NCBI GenBank assembly: GCA_910587505.1
Contig: CAJULD010000003.1
Coordinates: forward strand, 5,370-69,369
Direction: 5' to 3'
Length of the DNA: 64,000 nucleotides
DNA from: an uncultured Oscillospiraceae bacterium
Lineage (GTDB): Bacteria > Bacillota > Clostridia > Oscillospirales > Oscillospiraceae
Shown: one piece after another, positions 7,175-17,062 of the stretch
Layout of the letters: each line of letters begins with the position of its first letter
Numbering within the stretch: position 1 is the first letter of the stretch
Translations under genes and position numbers: made by a program
Notes under the pieces: model-generated
The model's input: only the letters and a program-made list of their open reading frames with translations
The model's database searches: none
What the model was told of the DNA's origin: nothing

Positions 7175-8887
7175 ATGCGCCTGTCTCCGGAAACCATGGC
7201 GTTCATCCACGCGCCGGATACGGTGGACTTTGTCACCCGCGCCAGCGACGCCTTTTTTGACTATGCCAGAAGCTCCAACGACGTGGTGGTGGGGCAGACC
7301 CTCTCGGGGCGCTACGTCCTGGGATACGTGAAGGCGGAGAATTTCCAACGGCTGGAGGAGGCCCTGGGGACTGCCTTTGTCAGCTCTTTTTCTGTGGTAC
7401 TGGGACTGCTGGACCGTCCGGCCCTGGATGCGGCAGGGGTCTCCCAGGTCCACAGCCAGCCCTATCTGAACCTGAAGGGGAGGGGTGTTCTGCTGGGCTT
7501 TGTGGACACGGGCATCGACTATACCCAGGAGGTGTTCCGCTACGAGGACGGCAGCAGTAAGATCCGCTATATTTACGATCAGACCGCCGAAGGCGAGCCG
7601 CCCGAGGGTTTCCTGCTGGGTCGGGAGTACGGCAAAGAGGAGATCGACGCCGCCCTGGCCTCCTCCGACCCCTACGCCCTGGTGCCGGAGCGGGACGAGA
7701 ACGGCCACGGCACGTTTCTGGCCTCGGTGGCCGCCGGACGGCAGAGCGAGGACTTCAGCGGAGCGGCCCCGGACGCGGAGATCATCGCCGTGAAGCTGAA
7801 GCCGGCGCGGCCCTTCTACCGGGAGAAATACTGCGTTCCGCCGGAGCAGGAGTACGCCTATGAATCCAGCGCAGTGATGCTGGGCGTGGAGTACATCCTG
7901 CGGAAGGCGCGGGAGCTGGGCCGCCCCGTGGCCATCTGCATCGGTCTGGGGACCAACGCGGGCAGCCATGACGGCTACAGCGCCTTTGAGGAGTATCTGG
8001 GCGGCGTGTCCATTCAGAAGGGGGTGTGTCTGTGCGCGGCGGCGGGCAACGAGGCGGAGGCCCGCCATCACACCGGCGGCATCCTCCAGCCGGGGGAGAA
8101 GCCGGGGCAGGTGGATCTGAAGGTGGGCGAAAACGCGGGAGACGTCTATCTGGCCATCTGGAACACGGTGGCGGACCGGCTGTCGGTGTCGGTGCGCTCT
8201 CCCTCCGGGGAGCTGGTAGGCCGGGCCCCCGCCCGGCCGGGAGCCGCTCCCGTGGCGGACGTGAAGCTGGTGCTGGAGGCCGCCAGAGTGCAGATCGAAT
8301 ACCATTTCCCGGTGGAGGGCAGCGGCGGGCAGCTGTCGGTGATCCGCATTTTGGGGGCGACCCCCGGCGTGTGGACCATCGGGCTCCATGGCGACATTCT
8401 GCTCAGCGGCACGTATCAGGCCTGGCTGCCCATGACGGGATTTGTGTCGCCCACCGTAGAATTCCTGGCCGCCACGCCGGACTACACCATCACCAGTCCG
8501 GCCTCCGCCGTGGGCGTGATCTGCTGCGGGGCCTATGACAGCGCCAGCAAGAGCCTGTATGCAAAATCCTCCCGCGGGCCCGCCTGGGACGGCCGGGTTC
8601 TGCCGGATCTGACGGCCCCGGGCGTGGGGGTGGGGGGCATATACCCCTACGGGCCGGGGGTTATGAGCGGCACCAGCGCGGCGGCGGCGGTGCTGGCGGG
8701 AATCTGCGCCCTGCTGCTCCAGTGGGGAATTCGCGAGGGGAACGACCCGTCCATGGGAACCTATCAGATTCGGGCCTATCTCATCCGCGGCTGCCTGCGG
8801 CGGGCCGACATGGCCTATCCCAACAACCAGTGGGGATATGGCTCGGTGCAGCTGATGCAGAGCTTCCATCTGATGCGGGAGCTGTGA
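7175..8887 (+). CDS. Subtilisin-like S8 serine protease, Csp type (tandem paralogue)
   Basis: GFVDTGID, NGHGTFLASVAAG, AAGNEAE, SGTSAAAAVLAG. The ATG lies 1 nt after the upstream stop codon. Confidence 0.8.
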   Translation: MRLSPETMAFIHAPDTVDFVTRASDAFFDYARSSNDVVVGQTLSGRYVLGYVKAENFQRLEEALGTAFVSSFSVVLGLLDRPALDAAGVSQVHSQPYLNLKGRGVLLGFVDTGIDYTQEVFRYEDGSSKIRYIYDQTAEGEPPEGFLLGREYGKEEIDAALASSDPYALVPERDENGHGTFLASVAAGRQSEDFSGAAPDAEIIAVKLKPARPFYREKYCVPPEQEYAYESSAVMLGVEYILRKARELGRPVAICIGLGTNAGSHDGYSAFEEYLGGVSIQKGVCLCAAAGNEAEARHHTGGILQPGEKPGQVDLKVGENAGDVYLAIWNTVADRLSVSVRSPSGELVGRAPARPGAAPVADVKLVLEAARVQIEYHFPVEGSGGQLSVIRILGATPGVWTIGLHGDILLSGTYQAWLPMTGFVSPTVEFLAATPDYTITSPASAVGVICCGAYDSASKSLYAKSSRGPAWDGRVLPDLTAPGVGVGGIYPYGPGVMSGTSAAAAVLAGICALLLQWGIREGNDPSMGTYQIRAYLIRGCLRRADMAYPNNQWGYGSVQLMQSFHLMREL

Positions 8888-8931
8888 CGGAGGAAGAGCG
8901 CGGAGTCCCCGCAGGCAGGAAAATGGTTTTC

Positions 8932-8960
8932 TTGCGCACTGCCGCCGAATCTGTTATAAT
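8932..8960 (+). promoter_or_regulatory. Putative promoter TTGCGC-17-TATAAT upstream of holA
   Basis: Hexamers and spacer counted directly; 35 nt upstream of the ATG at 8996. Confidence 0.4.
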
Positions 8961-8995
8961 GAATCAAACAAGCAGGTTCGCGGGAGGAGCAGACC

Positions 8996-10051
8996 ATGGC
9001 AGAGAAAAGGAAAACCGCCCCAGGCAATCCCGGCTTTCTCAGGCTGAAGGAAGCCCTGGCCGCCGGAGAAGTGGGAAATGTATATATTTTCCACGGGGAG
9101 GAGAGCTACCTGCGGGAGTACTATCTCGCGGAAATGAAAAAGAACCTGGTGGCCGGTTTTGAAAGCTTCAATTTCCACAGGCTGGAAAGTAAGGGCCTGA
9201 CCGTCCAATCCCTTTCGGACGCGGTGGAAGTGATGCCCATGATGGCCCGGCGGACCATGGTGGAGGTCGTGGACTGGGATATCTACAGGCTGAACGAGGA
9301 GCAGCGCGGCGGACTCATCTCTCTGCTGGAGGATTTCCCGCCCTGTTGCTGCCTGGTGTTCGTCTATGACCAGCTGGAATACAGGCCCAATAAAACGTAT
9401 AAGAAGCTGTATGCCGCCCTGGAGCGGTACGCACAGGAGGTCTGCTTTGCGGAGCAAAGCCAGGCAGAGCTCCTCAAGTGGGTCTCCCGCCGGTTCAGGG
9501 CCACAGGGCACACCATCGACGCGCCCACGGCGGAGCATCTGCTCTTCACCTGCGGCAGCCTGATGAACAGCCTGATCCCGGAGATCGGGAAGATTGCCGC
9601 CTATGCCCGCCAGGAGCGGATCACCCGTCAGGATATCGACGCCGTGGCCGCGCCGGTGCTGGAGGCGCAGGTGTTCGACATGACCAACGCGGTGTCCAGA
9701 GGGAACTTTGACCGGGCCGCCGAGGTGCTGGGGACCCTGCTGAAGCTTCAGGAGGAGCCCATCAGGCTGCTGTCCATCATCGGAAGCGAGCTGCGGCAGC
9801 TCCACACGGCCCGCCTTGCACTGGACGCGGGCGAGGGGAAATTCTGGCTGATGGAGCGGTGGAATATCCGCTCCGGCTACCGTGCGGGACTGCTGATGGA
9901 CAACGCCCGCCGGGTCACCCGGCACTGGTGCGCACGGGCGGTGCGGCGGTGCTATGAGGTGGACCTTCGGATCAAGAGCGTGAACGGCGTAAACGGGGCG
10001 GATGAACTGAAGCTGCTGCTGATGGAGCTGGCCCAGACTGCCGGGGCATGA
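8996..10051 (+). CDS. holA: DNA polymerase III subunit delta
   Basis: N-terminus with VYIFHGEESYLREYY and overall HolA-like length and architecture. RBS GGGAGGAG. Confidence 0.8.
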   Translation: MAEKRKTAPGNPGFLRLKEALAAGEVGNVYIFHGEESYLREYYLAEMKKNLVAGFESFNFHRLESKGLTVQSLSDAVEVMPMMARRTMVEVVDWDIYRLNEEQRGGLISLLEDFPPCCCLVFVYDQLEYRPNKTYKKLYAALERYAQEVCFAEQSQAELLKWVSRRFRATGHTIDAPTAEHLLFTCGSLMNSLIPEIGKIAAYARQERITRQDIDAVAAPVLEAQVFDMTNAVSRGNFDRAAEVLGTLLKLQEEPIRLLSIIGSELRQLHTARLALDAGEGKFWLMERWNIRSGYRAGLLMDNARRVTRHWCARAVRRCYEVDLRIKSVNGVNGADELKLLLMELAQTAGA

Positions 10052-10067
10052 TGGAGGGAAGCGAAGG

Positions 10068-10670
10068 ATGAAACGCGTCCGGGAAGTGATCGTGGTGGAG
10101 GGCCGCTATGACAGGAACGCCCTCCGGCAGGTGGTGGATGCCACGGTGGTGGAGACATGCGGCTTCGGCGTGTTCCGCGACAGGGAGCGGCTGGCCCTGC
10201 TGCGCCGTCTGGGACGGGAGCGGGGACTGATCCTGCTGACCGACAGCGACGGGGCGGGTTTTGTCATCCGCAATTTTCTCAGGGGAGCCATTCCCGGACA
10301 GCAGCTCAAACAGGCCTATATTCCGGATGTTCCGGGCAAGGAGCGGCGAAAGGCCGCCCCTGGCCGGGAGGGAAAGCTGGGGGTGGAGGGCATGCCGCCC
10401 CAGGTCCTGCTGGAGGCCCTGGAGCGGGCGGGCGCGACCTTTGAAGGGGAGGAAGGCGCGGCGGAGGACCGCCGCCCTGTTACCAAGGCGGATTTTTACG
10501 CCCTGGGTCTTACCGGCGGTCCGGACAGCGCCAGCCGGCGGGCGGCGCTGCTGCGCCGGCTGGACCTGCCGGAGCGCATGACTGCCAACGCCCTGCTGGA
10601 GGCGGTGAACATTCTGTATACCCGGGAAGAATTTATGAATTTATGCGAGAATTGGGAACCTTTTTCCTGA
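10068..10670 (+). CDS. Toprim domain protein (RNase M5-like / DUF4093 type)
   Basis: VIVVEGRYDRNAL ... LLTDSDGAGFVIRNFL Toprim motifs. RBS GGAGGGA. Confidence 0.6.
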   Translation: MKRVREVIVVEGRYDRNALRQVVDATVVETCGFGVFRDRERLALLRRLGRERGLILLTDSDGAGFVIRNFLRGAIPGQQLKQAYIPDVPGKERRKAAPGREGKLGVEGMPPQVLLEALERAGATFEGEEGAAEDRRPVTKADFYALGLTGGPDSASRRAALLRRLDLPERMTANALLEAVNILYTREEFMNLCENWEPFS

Positions 10671-10725
10671 AAGAAAACGCGGCAAAAAGAAATTTGAAAT
10701 TTGGGAATTTTACAGGAATCGTATT

Positions 10726-11463
10726 ATGAGTTATCCGCAGAAAATTGTTTCTCTGTTTGAAGGCTGGGAGGAAACCATGATCTGGTCCTGCCTGCAGGGT
10801 ATTATGGGCTCTCTGACATGGAACCCGGAGCAGACCGCCGGAATGATTGTCAACCGGGATTTTACCTTTCTGGCCGGGCGGCCGGACCGCTGGCTGCTGG
10901 AGCGGGCCCCCGGCCCCATCCTGACGCCCCGGTCGGAGGACTGGTCCCCGCTGATCGAGGACTTTCACGGGACCCGGGCCGTAAAGGAGACCCGGTACGC
11001 CATCCGCAAGGAGCCGGGCGTCTTTGACCGGCGGAGGCTGGAGGCCTTTGTCGCGTCCCTGCCGCCGGAGTACGAGCTGCGGCTCATCGACGAGGCCATG
11101 GTTCCCGTCCTGCTGGCCCAGGAGTGGTCACGGGATTTTTGCGCCGCCTTTTCCGGTCCGGCGGACTGCTGCGCCCGCGGCGTGGGCGTAGCGGCCCTCC
11201 GGGAGGGAGTCCCGGTGGCGGGAGCCGGATCCTATATCATCTATCAGGGCGGCATCGAGGTGGAGATCGACACCCGGATTGACCACCGCCGGAAGGGGCT
11301 TGCCACGGCCTGCGGCGCGCGGCTGATTCTGGAGTGCCTGGACCGGGGACTGTATCCCGGCTGGGACGCCATCGACCTGCGCAGCGTGGCGCTGGCGGAA
11401 AAGCTGGGCTATCACCGGGGAGAACCCTATGGTGTGTACTGGATCGGAACACAGCCGAAATAA
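10726..11463 (+). CDS. GNAT family N-acetyltransferase
   Basis: C-terminal acetyl-CoA binding-like segment VEIDTRIDHRRKGLATACGARLI. Family call made by eye. Confidence 0.55.
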   Translation: MSYPQKIVSLFEGWEETMIWSCLQGIMGSLTWNPEQTAGMIVNRDFTFLAGRPDRWLLERAPGPILTPRSEDWSPLIEDFHGTRAVKETRYAIRKEPGVFDRRRLEAFVASLPPEYELRLIDEAMVPVLLAQEWSRDFCAAFSGPADCCARGVGVAALREGVPVAGAGSYIIYQGGIEVEIDTRIDHRRKGLATACGARLILECLDRGLYPGWDAIDLRSVALAEKLGYHRGEPYGVYWIGTQPK

Positions 11464-11468
11464 TCAAC

Positions 11469-11500
11469 GGAGGGCGCTGGCAAAACTGCCAGCGCCCTCC
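11469..11500. terminator. Bidirectional stem-loop between convergent genes
   Basis: ggagggcgctggc / gccagcgccctcc 13-bp inverted repeat, 5 nt after the GNAT stop codon. Confidence 0.4.
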
Positions 11501-11602
11501 CTGTGCTGTTTCTCAAATAAAAACGCAGCATCGTCACTGTGGGGAAATTCCGGAATCGCAAAAGTTTGCAGAGCGTTTTTTTAAGGCTCTTTTCATCCTT
11601 TT

Positions 11603-12055
11603 TCAGGAAAAGGATGATTCCCCCGGAGAAGTTCCGCTGAAGTCCAGAATATTCAGTCCGGTGGCGTCGTCGTATACCCGGCCCACCCTTCCGGAGAAGA
11701 TCCGGAGGATGATCTCCGCCGTAGCGGAGATGCGGCAGCTTTTCAGATGCCCCGACCAGGAGCGCATCCGGCTGTCCGCCAGGGTAATATGCAGATGCAG
11801 GTAAACCTGTCCGTCCATCTCCGTCACGTTCCCCGCGACGCAGGCAATCTCAAGGGGCTCGGAAAACGTCCTGCCCGTAAATTTCCGGGAGGAAACATCA
11901 TAAAGTCCGATTTCCGCCCTGTCGCAGGCGCCGATGCCGCAGACCGAGGCCAGGGAAATTCCTTCGATCCTGCACACCGCCGTCACGGCACCGCACAGCT
12001 CGTCCCCCGGATCCAGACGGAGAATCAGCTCTCTGTCAAAGCGCCGGTATTCCAT
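11603..12055 (-). CDS. PPC (DUF296) domain protein
   Basis: LRLDPGDELCGAVTAVC...SLASVCGIGA...VYLHLHITLAD pattern typical of PPC/DUF296. Last gene of the catabolic operon. Confidence 0.65.
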   Translation of the reverse strand: MEYRRFDRELILRLDPGDELCGAVTAVCRIEGISLASVCGIGACDRAEIGLYDVSSRKFTGRTFSEPLEIACVAGNVTEMDGQVYLHLHITLADSRMRSWSGHLKSCRISATAEIILRIFSGRVGRVYDDATGLNILDFSGTSPGESSFS

Positions 12056-12086
12056 AGCTTCACCTCGCTTCCATTCAGGGAGCGGC

Positions 12087-13607
12087 TCAATCGCTCCCGC
12101 CCACCGAGCCCTCCCAGGTATCGATCCGGGCCGCGCCGCCTGCCGGATGGGTCCAGTGGGTGGTGACCGCCTTGGACTCCGTGAAGAAACGCACGCCGTC
12201 CTTGCCCAGAACGTGCAGATCCCCGAAGAAGGAGTCCTTGTGGCCGCTGAAGGGGAAAATCCCGACCGGGACAGGGATGCCCACGTTGACGCCCACCATG
12301 CCGCCGTCGGTCATCCTGGCAAACTGGCGGGAGTAATAGCCGCTGGAGGTAAAGATGGAGGAGCCGTTGGCAAAGACATTACGGTTCATCAGGGCCACGC
12401 CCTCCTCAAAGGTCTTCACCCGCTTGAAGCACAGCACGGGACCGAAAATCTCCTGATCGCCGACCATCATGCCGGGTTCTACGTAATCAAATATGGTGGG
12501 GCCCAGATAGAAGCCGTTCTCATATCCGGGGACCGTTGCCCCCCGGCCGTCCAGCACCAGCTTCGCGCCCTCCTGAACGCCCTTTTCGATCCAGTCCGTC
12601 ACATGCCGCCGGTGCTCCGCCGTGACAAGGGGACCCAGCTCCGTGTTCCTGTCATATGCCGGGCCGAGCCGCAGCTTCCGGGCCAGCGCGGTCACCTTCT
12701 CCACCAGCGCATCCGCCACCGTCTCCTGAACGACCACCACGGGCAGCGCCATGCACCGCTCCCCGGCGCAGCCGAAGGCGGAGTTGATGATGCTGTGCGC
12801 GGCATGATCCAGATCTGCGTCCTCCAGCACCAGAGCGTGGTTCTTCGCCTCCGTCTGGGCCTGTACGCGCTTGCCGTGGGCTGCGGCAACCTCGTAGATA
12901 TGCCTGCCGGCGGAAGTTGTGCCGACAAAGCAGACGCCCCGGACGTCGGGATGGGTCAAAAACAGCTCCGCCTCGTTTCTGGAGCAGGTGACCACATTGA
13001 GCACGCCGGCAGGCAGACCGGCCTCCTGCCACAGCTGCGCGCAGCGCAGACTGGTCATCGGCGTACGGGAGGCGGCCTTGATGACCAGCGTATTGCCGGT
13101 GGCGATGCACAGCGGGGCCATCCATCCCATGGGGATCATACCGGGGAAGTTAAAGGGGGCGATTCCCACGAACACGCCCAACGGCTCCCGGTAGAGAACG
13201 GTGTCGTATCCCCTGGAGGTGTCCATCAGGGATTCCCCCAGCATGAGGCTGGGCGTGCCGCAGGCCAGCTCCACCGGCTCCCTGATTTTGGCGATGTCTC
13301 CGGCGGACTCGCTCCAGTTCTTCCCGTGCTCTCTGGCGCACAGCTCCGTCAGCTCGTCGTAGTGGGCCAGCAGCAGATCCCGGAACCGGTAGAGCACCTG
13401 CACCCGCTTCATGACGGGGGTGTCCCGCCAGGCGGGAAACGCCGCGCGGGCCGCCGCCACGGCGGCCTGCACCTCCTCGCGGGTGCAGCAGGGCGCCTCC
13501 GCCTGCACCTCGCCGGTGCTGGGGTTGTAGACGGGCATGTACCGGCCGCTGGCCGAATCAATAAATTCTCCGTTGATAAACAGTTTCAGTTTTTGGGTTT
13601 CCTGCAT
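12087..13607 (-). CDS. CoA-acylating (methyl)malonate-semialdehyde dehydrogenase-like aldehyde dehydrogenase
   Basis: ALDH family: FINGEF N-terminus, catalytic region with GERCMA. Start at internal ATG 13607 with GGAGAGGAAAA RBS. Confidence 0.8.
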   Translation of the reverse strand: MQETQKLKLFINGEFIDSASGRYMPVYNPSTGEVQAEAPCCTREEVQAAVAAARAAFPAWRDTPVMKRVQVLYRFRDLLLAHYDELTELCAREHGKNWSESAGDIAKIREPVELACGTPSLMLGESLMDTSRGYDTVLYREPLGVFVGIAPFNFPGMIPMGWMAPLCIATGNTLVIKAASRTPMTSLRCAQLWQEAGLPAGVLNVVTCSRNEAELFLTHPDVRGVCFVGTTSAGRHIYEVAAAHGKRVQAQTEAKNHALVLEDADLDHAAHSIINSAFGCAGERCMALPVVVVQETVADALVEKVTALARKLRLGPAYDRNTELGPLVTAEHRRHVTDWIEKGVQEGAKLVLDGRGATVPGYENGFYLGPTIFDYVEPGMMVGDQEIFGPVLCFKRVKTFEEGVALMNRNVFANGSSIFTSSGYYSRQFARMTDGGMVGVNVGIPVPVGIFPFSGHKDSFFGDLHVLGKDGVRFFTESKAVTTHWTHPAGGAARIDTWEGSVGGSD

Positions 13608-13662
13608 AGTTTTCCTCTCCTGTGTCGCATTGATAGCAGCGTTCAAAATTCCCGATGAAGGT

Positions 13663-14565
13663 TCAGCTGTCCTCTCTGATCCGCTTGAGCAGCGCCATGG
13701 AAATGACAAAGATCACCACCAGCATAATCAGCGACAGCGCCGAGCTGTATCCGATGTTGAAGTAACTGAAGCCCTGATAGTAGGAATAGATATTCAGCGT
13801 CTGCGTGGCGGTGCCCGGCCCGCCCGCCGTCATGGCCATGATGGAGTCATACCGGCGGATGGCGTCCATGGTCCGGAACAACAGCGCCAGCAGGATCATC
13901 GGCTTGATCAGCGGCAGCGTGATATAGAAAAACTGCTGAATGCTGCTCACGCCGTCAATGGCCGCCGCATCGTAGAAATCGGCGCTGATGGACTGGACGC
14001 CGGCCATCAGGATCATGGTCACAAAGGGGGTGGACAGCCAGATGTCCGTTACGATCACCGTGATGAGCGCGTTGCGCCCGTTCCCCAGCCAATTGACCGG
14101 ATCGACGCCCACCAGGCTCAGCAGATAATTGAAAATACCCATATCCGCGTTGAACATCATCCGGAACATCATACCGGTGACAATGGGCGTAATCATCATG
14201 GGGATGATATACAGCGAGCGCAGCACCCGGACAAGCCGCCCCTCCCGGGAGAGAAGCAGGGCCGCCGCCATGCCCAGCACCATCTGTCCGGTCACGGTGC
14301 ACACGACCTGAACAATCGTGGTCCACACGGCGCTGCGGAAATTTTTGTCCCCAACGGCGCGGACAAAGTTGTCCAGGCCGCAGAAGGACAGGCTGCTCAG
14401 CTGAGTCAGCTTGAAATTGAAAAATGAGATGATGAGAGAGAACAGGATGGGGATCAGAGTCAGCACGAACAGGAGAATGAACGCCGGCGCCACCAGAGCG
14501 GAAAACGATACGTCGTCTCTGCGGACCGTCCTGCCATGTACTCTTCTATCTTTCGCTTCCTTCAT
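13663..14565 (-). CDS. Carbohydrate ABC transporter permease (CUT1 family)
   Basis: Six-TM MalF/G-type permease with an EAA-like loop (DAAAIDGVSSIQQFFYITLPLIKP). Confidence 0.85.
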   Translation of the reverse strand: MKEAKDRRVHGRTVRRDDVSFSALVAPAFILLFVLTLIPILFSLIISFFNFKLTQLSSLSFCGLDNFVRAVGDKNFRSAVWTTIVQVVCTVTGQMVLGMAAALLLSREGRLVRVLRSLYIIPMMITPIVTGMMFRMMFNADMGIFNYLLSLVGVDPVNWLGNGRNALITVIVTDIWLSTPFVTMILMAGVQSISADFYDAAAIDGVSSIQQFFYITLPLIKPMILLALLFRTMDAIRRYDSIMAMTAGGPGTATQTLNIYSYYQGFSYFNIGYSSALSLIMLVVIFVISMALLKRIREDS

Positions 14566-14574
14566 GCCTGCTTC

Positions 14575-15411
14575 TCACCCCTTCACCGCGCCGCCCATCA
14601 GGCCGCGCACAAAGCTCTTCTGACAGAAAATCGTAAATATCATAATCGGCAGGATCACCAGCACCGACGCCGCGCACAGCAGCCCCCAGTTGGTCCCGGA
14701 GCTGTTGACAAAGGACTGGATATAGATGGTCAGCGTCTTGGTACGGTTTCCCGTCATGATGACGGCGTAAAAATATTCATTCCAGGCCATCATGAAGGCA
14801 AACATGGCGCTGGTGGCCACGCCGGGTTTTACAACGGGAATGGATACCCGCAAAAATGCCTGCACTCTGGAGCATCCGTCAATCAACGCGGCCTCCTCGA
14901 TCTCTTTGGGCACGCCCTTGAAGAACCCCATCATCAGCCAGACCACAAAGGGCAGCACGGTCGTCAGATACATCAGCACGAGGGTAAAATAGTTGTCGGT
15001 CAGACCGATGGTATTGAACACCACAAAGAACGGAATAATCAGCGCCATTGGCGGCACCATTCTGGCCAGAATGATGCCCGTGCCCATGGCTGCGCCGAAT
15101 CTGCCGGTATCTCTGGACAGAGCGTACCCGGCCGTCAGGCCGAAAATCAGCGCCAGGACGGTGGTCACAGTGGCAACAATAATGCTGTTGCCGTAGCATT
15201 TCAGAAACTCTCCGGACCCGATGACCGCCGCATAGTTGTCCATGCTGGGGACAAAGATCCACTTAAACGGCGAGGCGAAGGCGTCGGCCTTGGTCTTCAT
15301 GGATGTGGACAGCAGCCAGTAAAGCGGAAAAATGGCAATAAGTACCAGCAATATGGTCAGGGCGGTCAGCAGGATATTGGCCGCTTTTTTCCTGTATTTT
15401 CGCACGGACAT
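14575..15411 (-). CDS. Carbohydrate ABC transporter permease (CUT1 family)
   Basis: EAA loop EEAALIDGCSRVQAFLRVSIPVVKPG. Start at internal ATG 15411 with AGGAAAGGAGGAA RBS. Confidence 0.85.
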   Translation of the reverse strand: MSVRKYRKKAANILLTALTILLVLIAIFPLYWLLSTSMKTKADAFASPFKWIFVPSMDNYAAVIGSGEFLKCYGNSIIVATVTTVLALIFGLTAGYALSRDTGRFGAAMGTGIILARMVPPMALIIPFFVVFNTIGLTDNYFTLVLMYLTTVLPFVVWLMMGFFKGVPKEIEEAALIDGCSRVQAFLRVSIPVVKPGVATSAMFAFMMAWNEYFYAVIMTGNRTKTLTIYIQSFVNSSGTNWGLLCAASVLVILPIMIFTIFCQKSFVRGLMGGAVKG

Positions 15412-15430
15412 TCCTCCTTTCCTGGTTATG

Positions 15431-15465
15431 GACGCCGTGCGGGGGCCCCGCCCCCGCACGGCGTC
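15431..15465 (-). other. Perfect 15-bp GC-rich stem-loop between the SBP and permease genes (intra-operon)
   Basis: gacgccgtgcggggg-ccccg-cccccgcacggcgtc read directly. No U-tract on either strand. Confidence 0.6.
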
Positions 15466-15588
15466 TGGGCTTTGTACTGTTTCCCGATTAAAACGCTGTA
15501 CCGTTACTACGTGGAAAGCCAGGGACAGCAACGGTTTGACGAGCGTTCGCAAAGTCCTTTTCGATATTTTTCCCTTCGCGGAAAAGTA

Positions 15589-16953
15589 TTACTCAGTGAT
15601 TACACCGTCGCGCACCAGCACGTCGTGTACGTCGTTCCAGAGCTGATCCGTGGCGGACTGCGCGTCGATGGAGCCCAGGGCCACATCCGCAATCTCTACG
15701 GCCAGCAGGCTGCGGATCTCAGACATGGAGCCCACTGCAGGGAAGTAGTTGGAAATGGGATCGTTGGCCAGCGCGTAGTTGACGGCCTTTGCCAGATCCG
15801 GGTTCATATACTGATCGATGTCGGGATCCGTCAGCACGTCGGTGCGCACGGGGCTGGGCTGTATGCCGGCCTTTACCTGACTCATCTGCACGTCATAACC
15901 GGAGACATACTGCATGAATTTCCACGCCTCCGTGGGATGCTCTGTCCGGGAACCCATCATAAACAGCCAGGGGGAGCCGATGGCGTGGCCGTCGGTCAGG
16001 GCGGCGAAGCCCACGTCGGCGGCTACCGCCGAATCCTCCGTGTTAAGTACGTTCCCGGCCAGGATGGAGGTGTCGATCCACATGGCGGCCATTCCCTGCT
16101 GGAAGGCCAGCTGCGCCTCCTCAAAGCCATAGCCGGAGATGCCGGTGGGCGCGTACTGGTGGAATCTGGCAAAATACTCCGTGGCCTTCACCGACTCCGG
16201 CCCGCCGATAGCGGACCAGTCGATGGTACCGTCCGGGCGGTCCCAGCTGCCGCCGCAGAACATCCACAGCATGGCCCAGAGGAAGGTGTTGGCGTTCGCC
16301 TCGCGGTTGGCGCGGAAGGCGATGCCAAATTTACCCGCGGAAGGATCGTTGATCTGCTCCGCCGCCTGGAGAATTCCCTCCATGGTGGTGGGGGGCGCTT
16401 CCGGGTCCAGTCCGGCATCCCGGAACATGGCCTTGTTGTAGTAGAGGATGCTGACGCCCATGTTATAGGGCACGGCCCAGCGCGCGCCGTCCCGGACCAC
16501 CATGGAGAGCATGGCGTCGGACAGCCCGTCCTTCCAGGACGCGTCGGTGATGGAGCTGTCGTTGAGGTAGTCCTCCACAGGCTGGACCAGACCGCCGTCC
16601 AGCACCGTTCCCAGCGTATTGGGGGAGATCATGACCACGTCGTACTGCTGCGTGCTGGTGGACAGGCCCAGCGTCATCTTTTCCGCGTAGCTGGCCTCCG
16701 CAATCAGCTCGTAATTGACCTGAATGCCGGTCTGGGCGGTAAAGGCGTCAAAATAGGTGGCAAGGTCCTGAATCTGGGCGGAGTCGCACAGGGCGACGTT
16801 AATGGTCACCGTCTCCTGCGCGGGCGGCGTATCGGGACTGCTGCCGGAGGAGGATGCGTCATCCTTCGGCGTGGTCTGCTGAGCCGGTCCGCAGCCGGCC
16901 AGACAGCTGAGCGCCATAATCAGTGCAAGCATAAGAGAAATCGTCTTTTTCAT
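15589..16953 (-). CDS. ABC transporter extracellular solute-binding lipoprotein (sugar type)
   Basis: Lipobox LAGC, Ser-rich linker, family-1 SBP length and composition. Confidence 0.85.
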   Translation of the reverse strand: MKKTISLMLALIMALSCLAGCGPAQQTTPKDDASSSGSSPDTPPAQETVTINVALCDSAQIQDLATYFDAFTAQTGIQVNYELIAEASYAEKMTLGLSTSTQQYDVVMISPNTLGTVLDGGLVQPVEDYLNDSSITDASWKDGLSDAMLSMVVRDGARWAVPYNMGVSILYYNKAMFRDAGLDPEAPPTTMEGILQAAEQINDPSAGKFGIAFRANREANANTFLWAMLWMFCGGSWDRPDGTIDWSAIGGPESVKATEYFARFHQYAPTGISGYGFEEAQLAFQQGMAAMWIDTSILAGNVLNTEDSAVAADVGFAALTDGHAIGSPWLFMMGSRTEHPTEAWKFMQYVSGYDVQMSQVKAGIQPSPVRTDVLTDPDIDQYMNPDLAKAVNYALANDPISNYFPAVGSMSEIRSLLAVEIADVALGSIDAQSATDQLWNDVHDVLVRDGVITE

Positions 16954-17062
16954 GTGAGCTCCTTTCGTTGTTCTGCATACCGCTGCCGGTTTGAAAACAG
17001 GTACGCTGCGGCAGCGGCAGTATACCCGTCCCCTTTCGGGGGATCACGCTGGGGAAGTCTCT

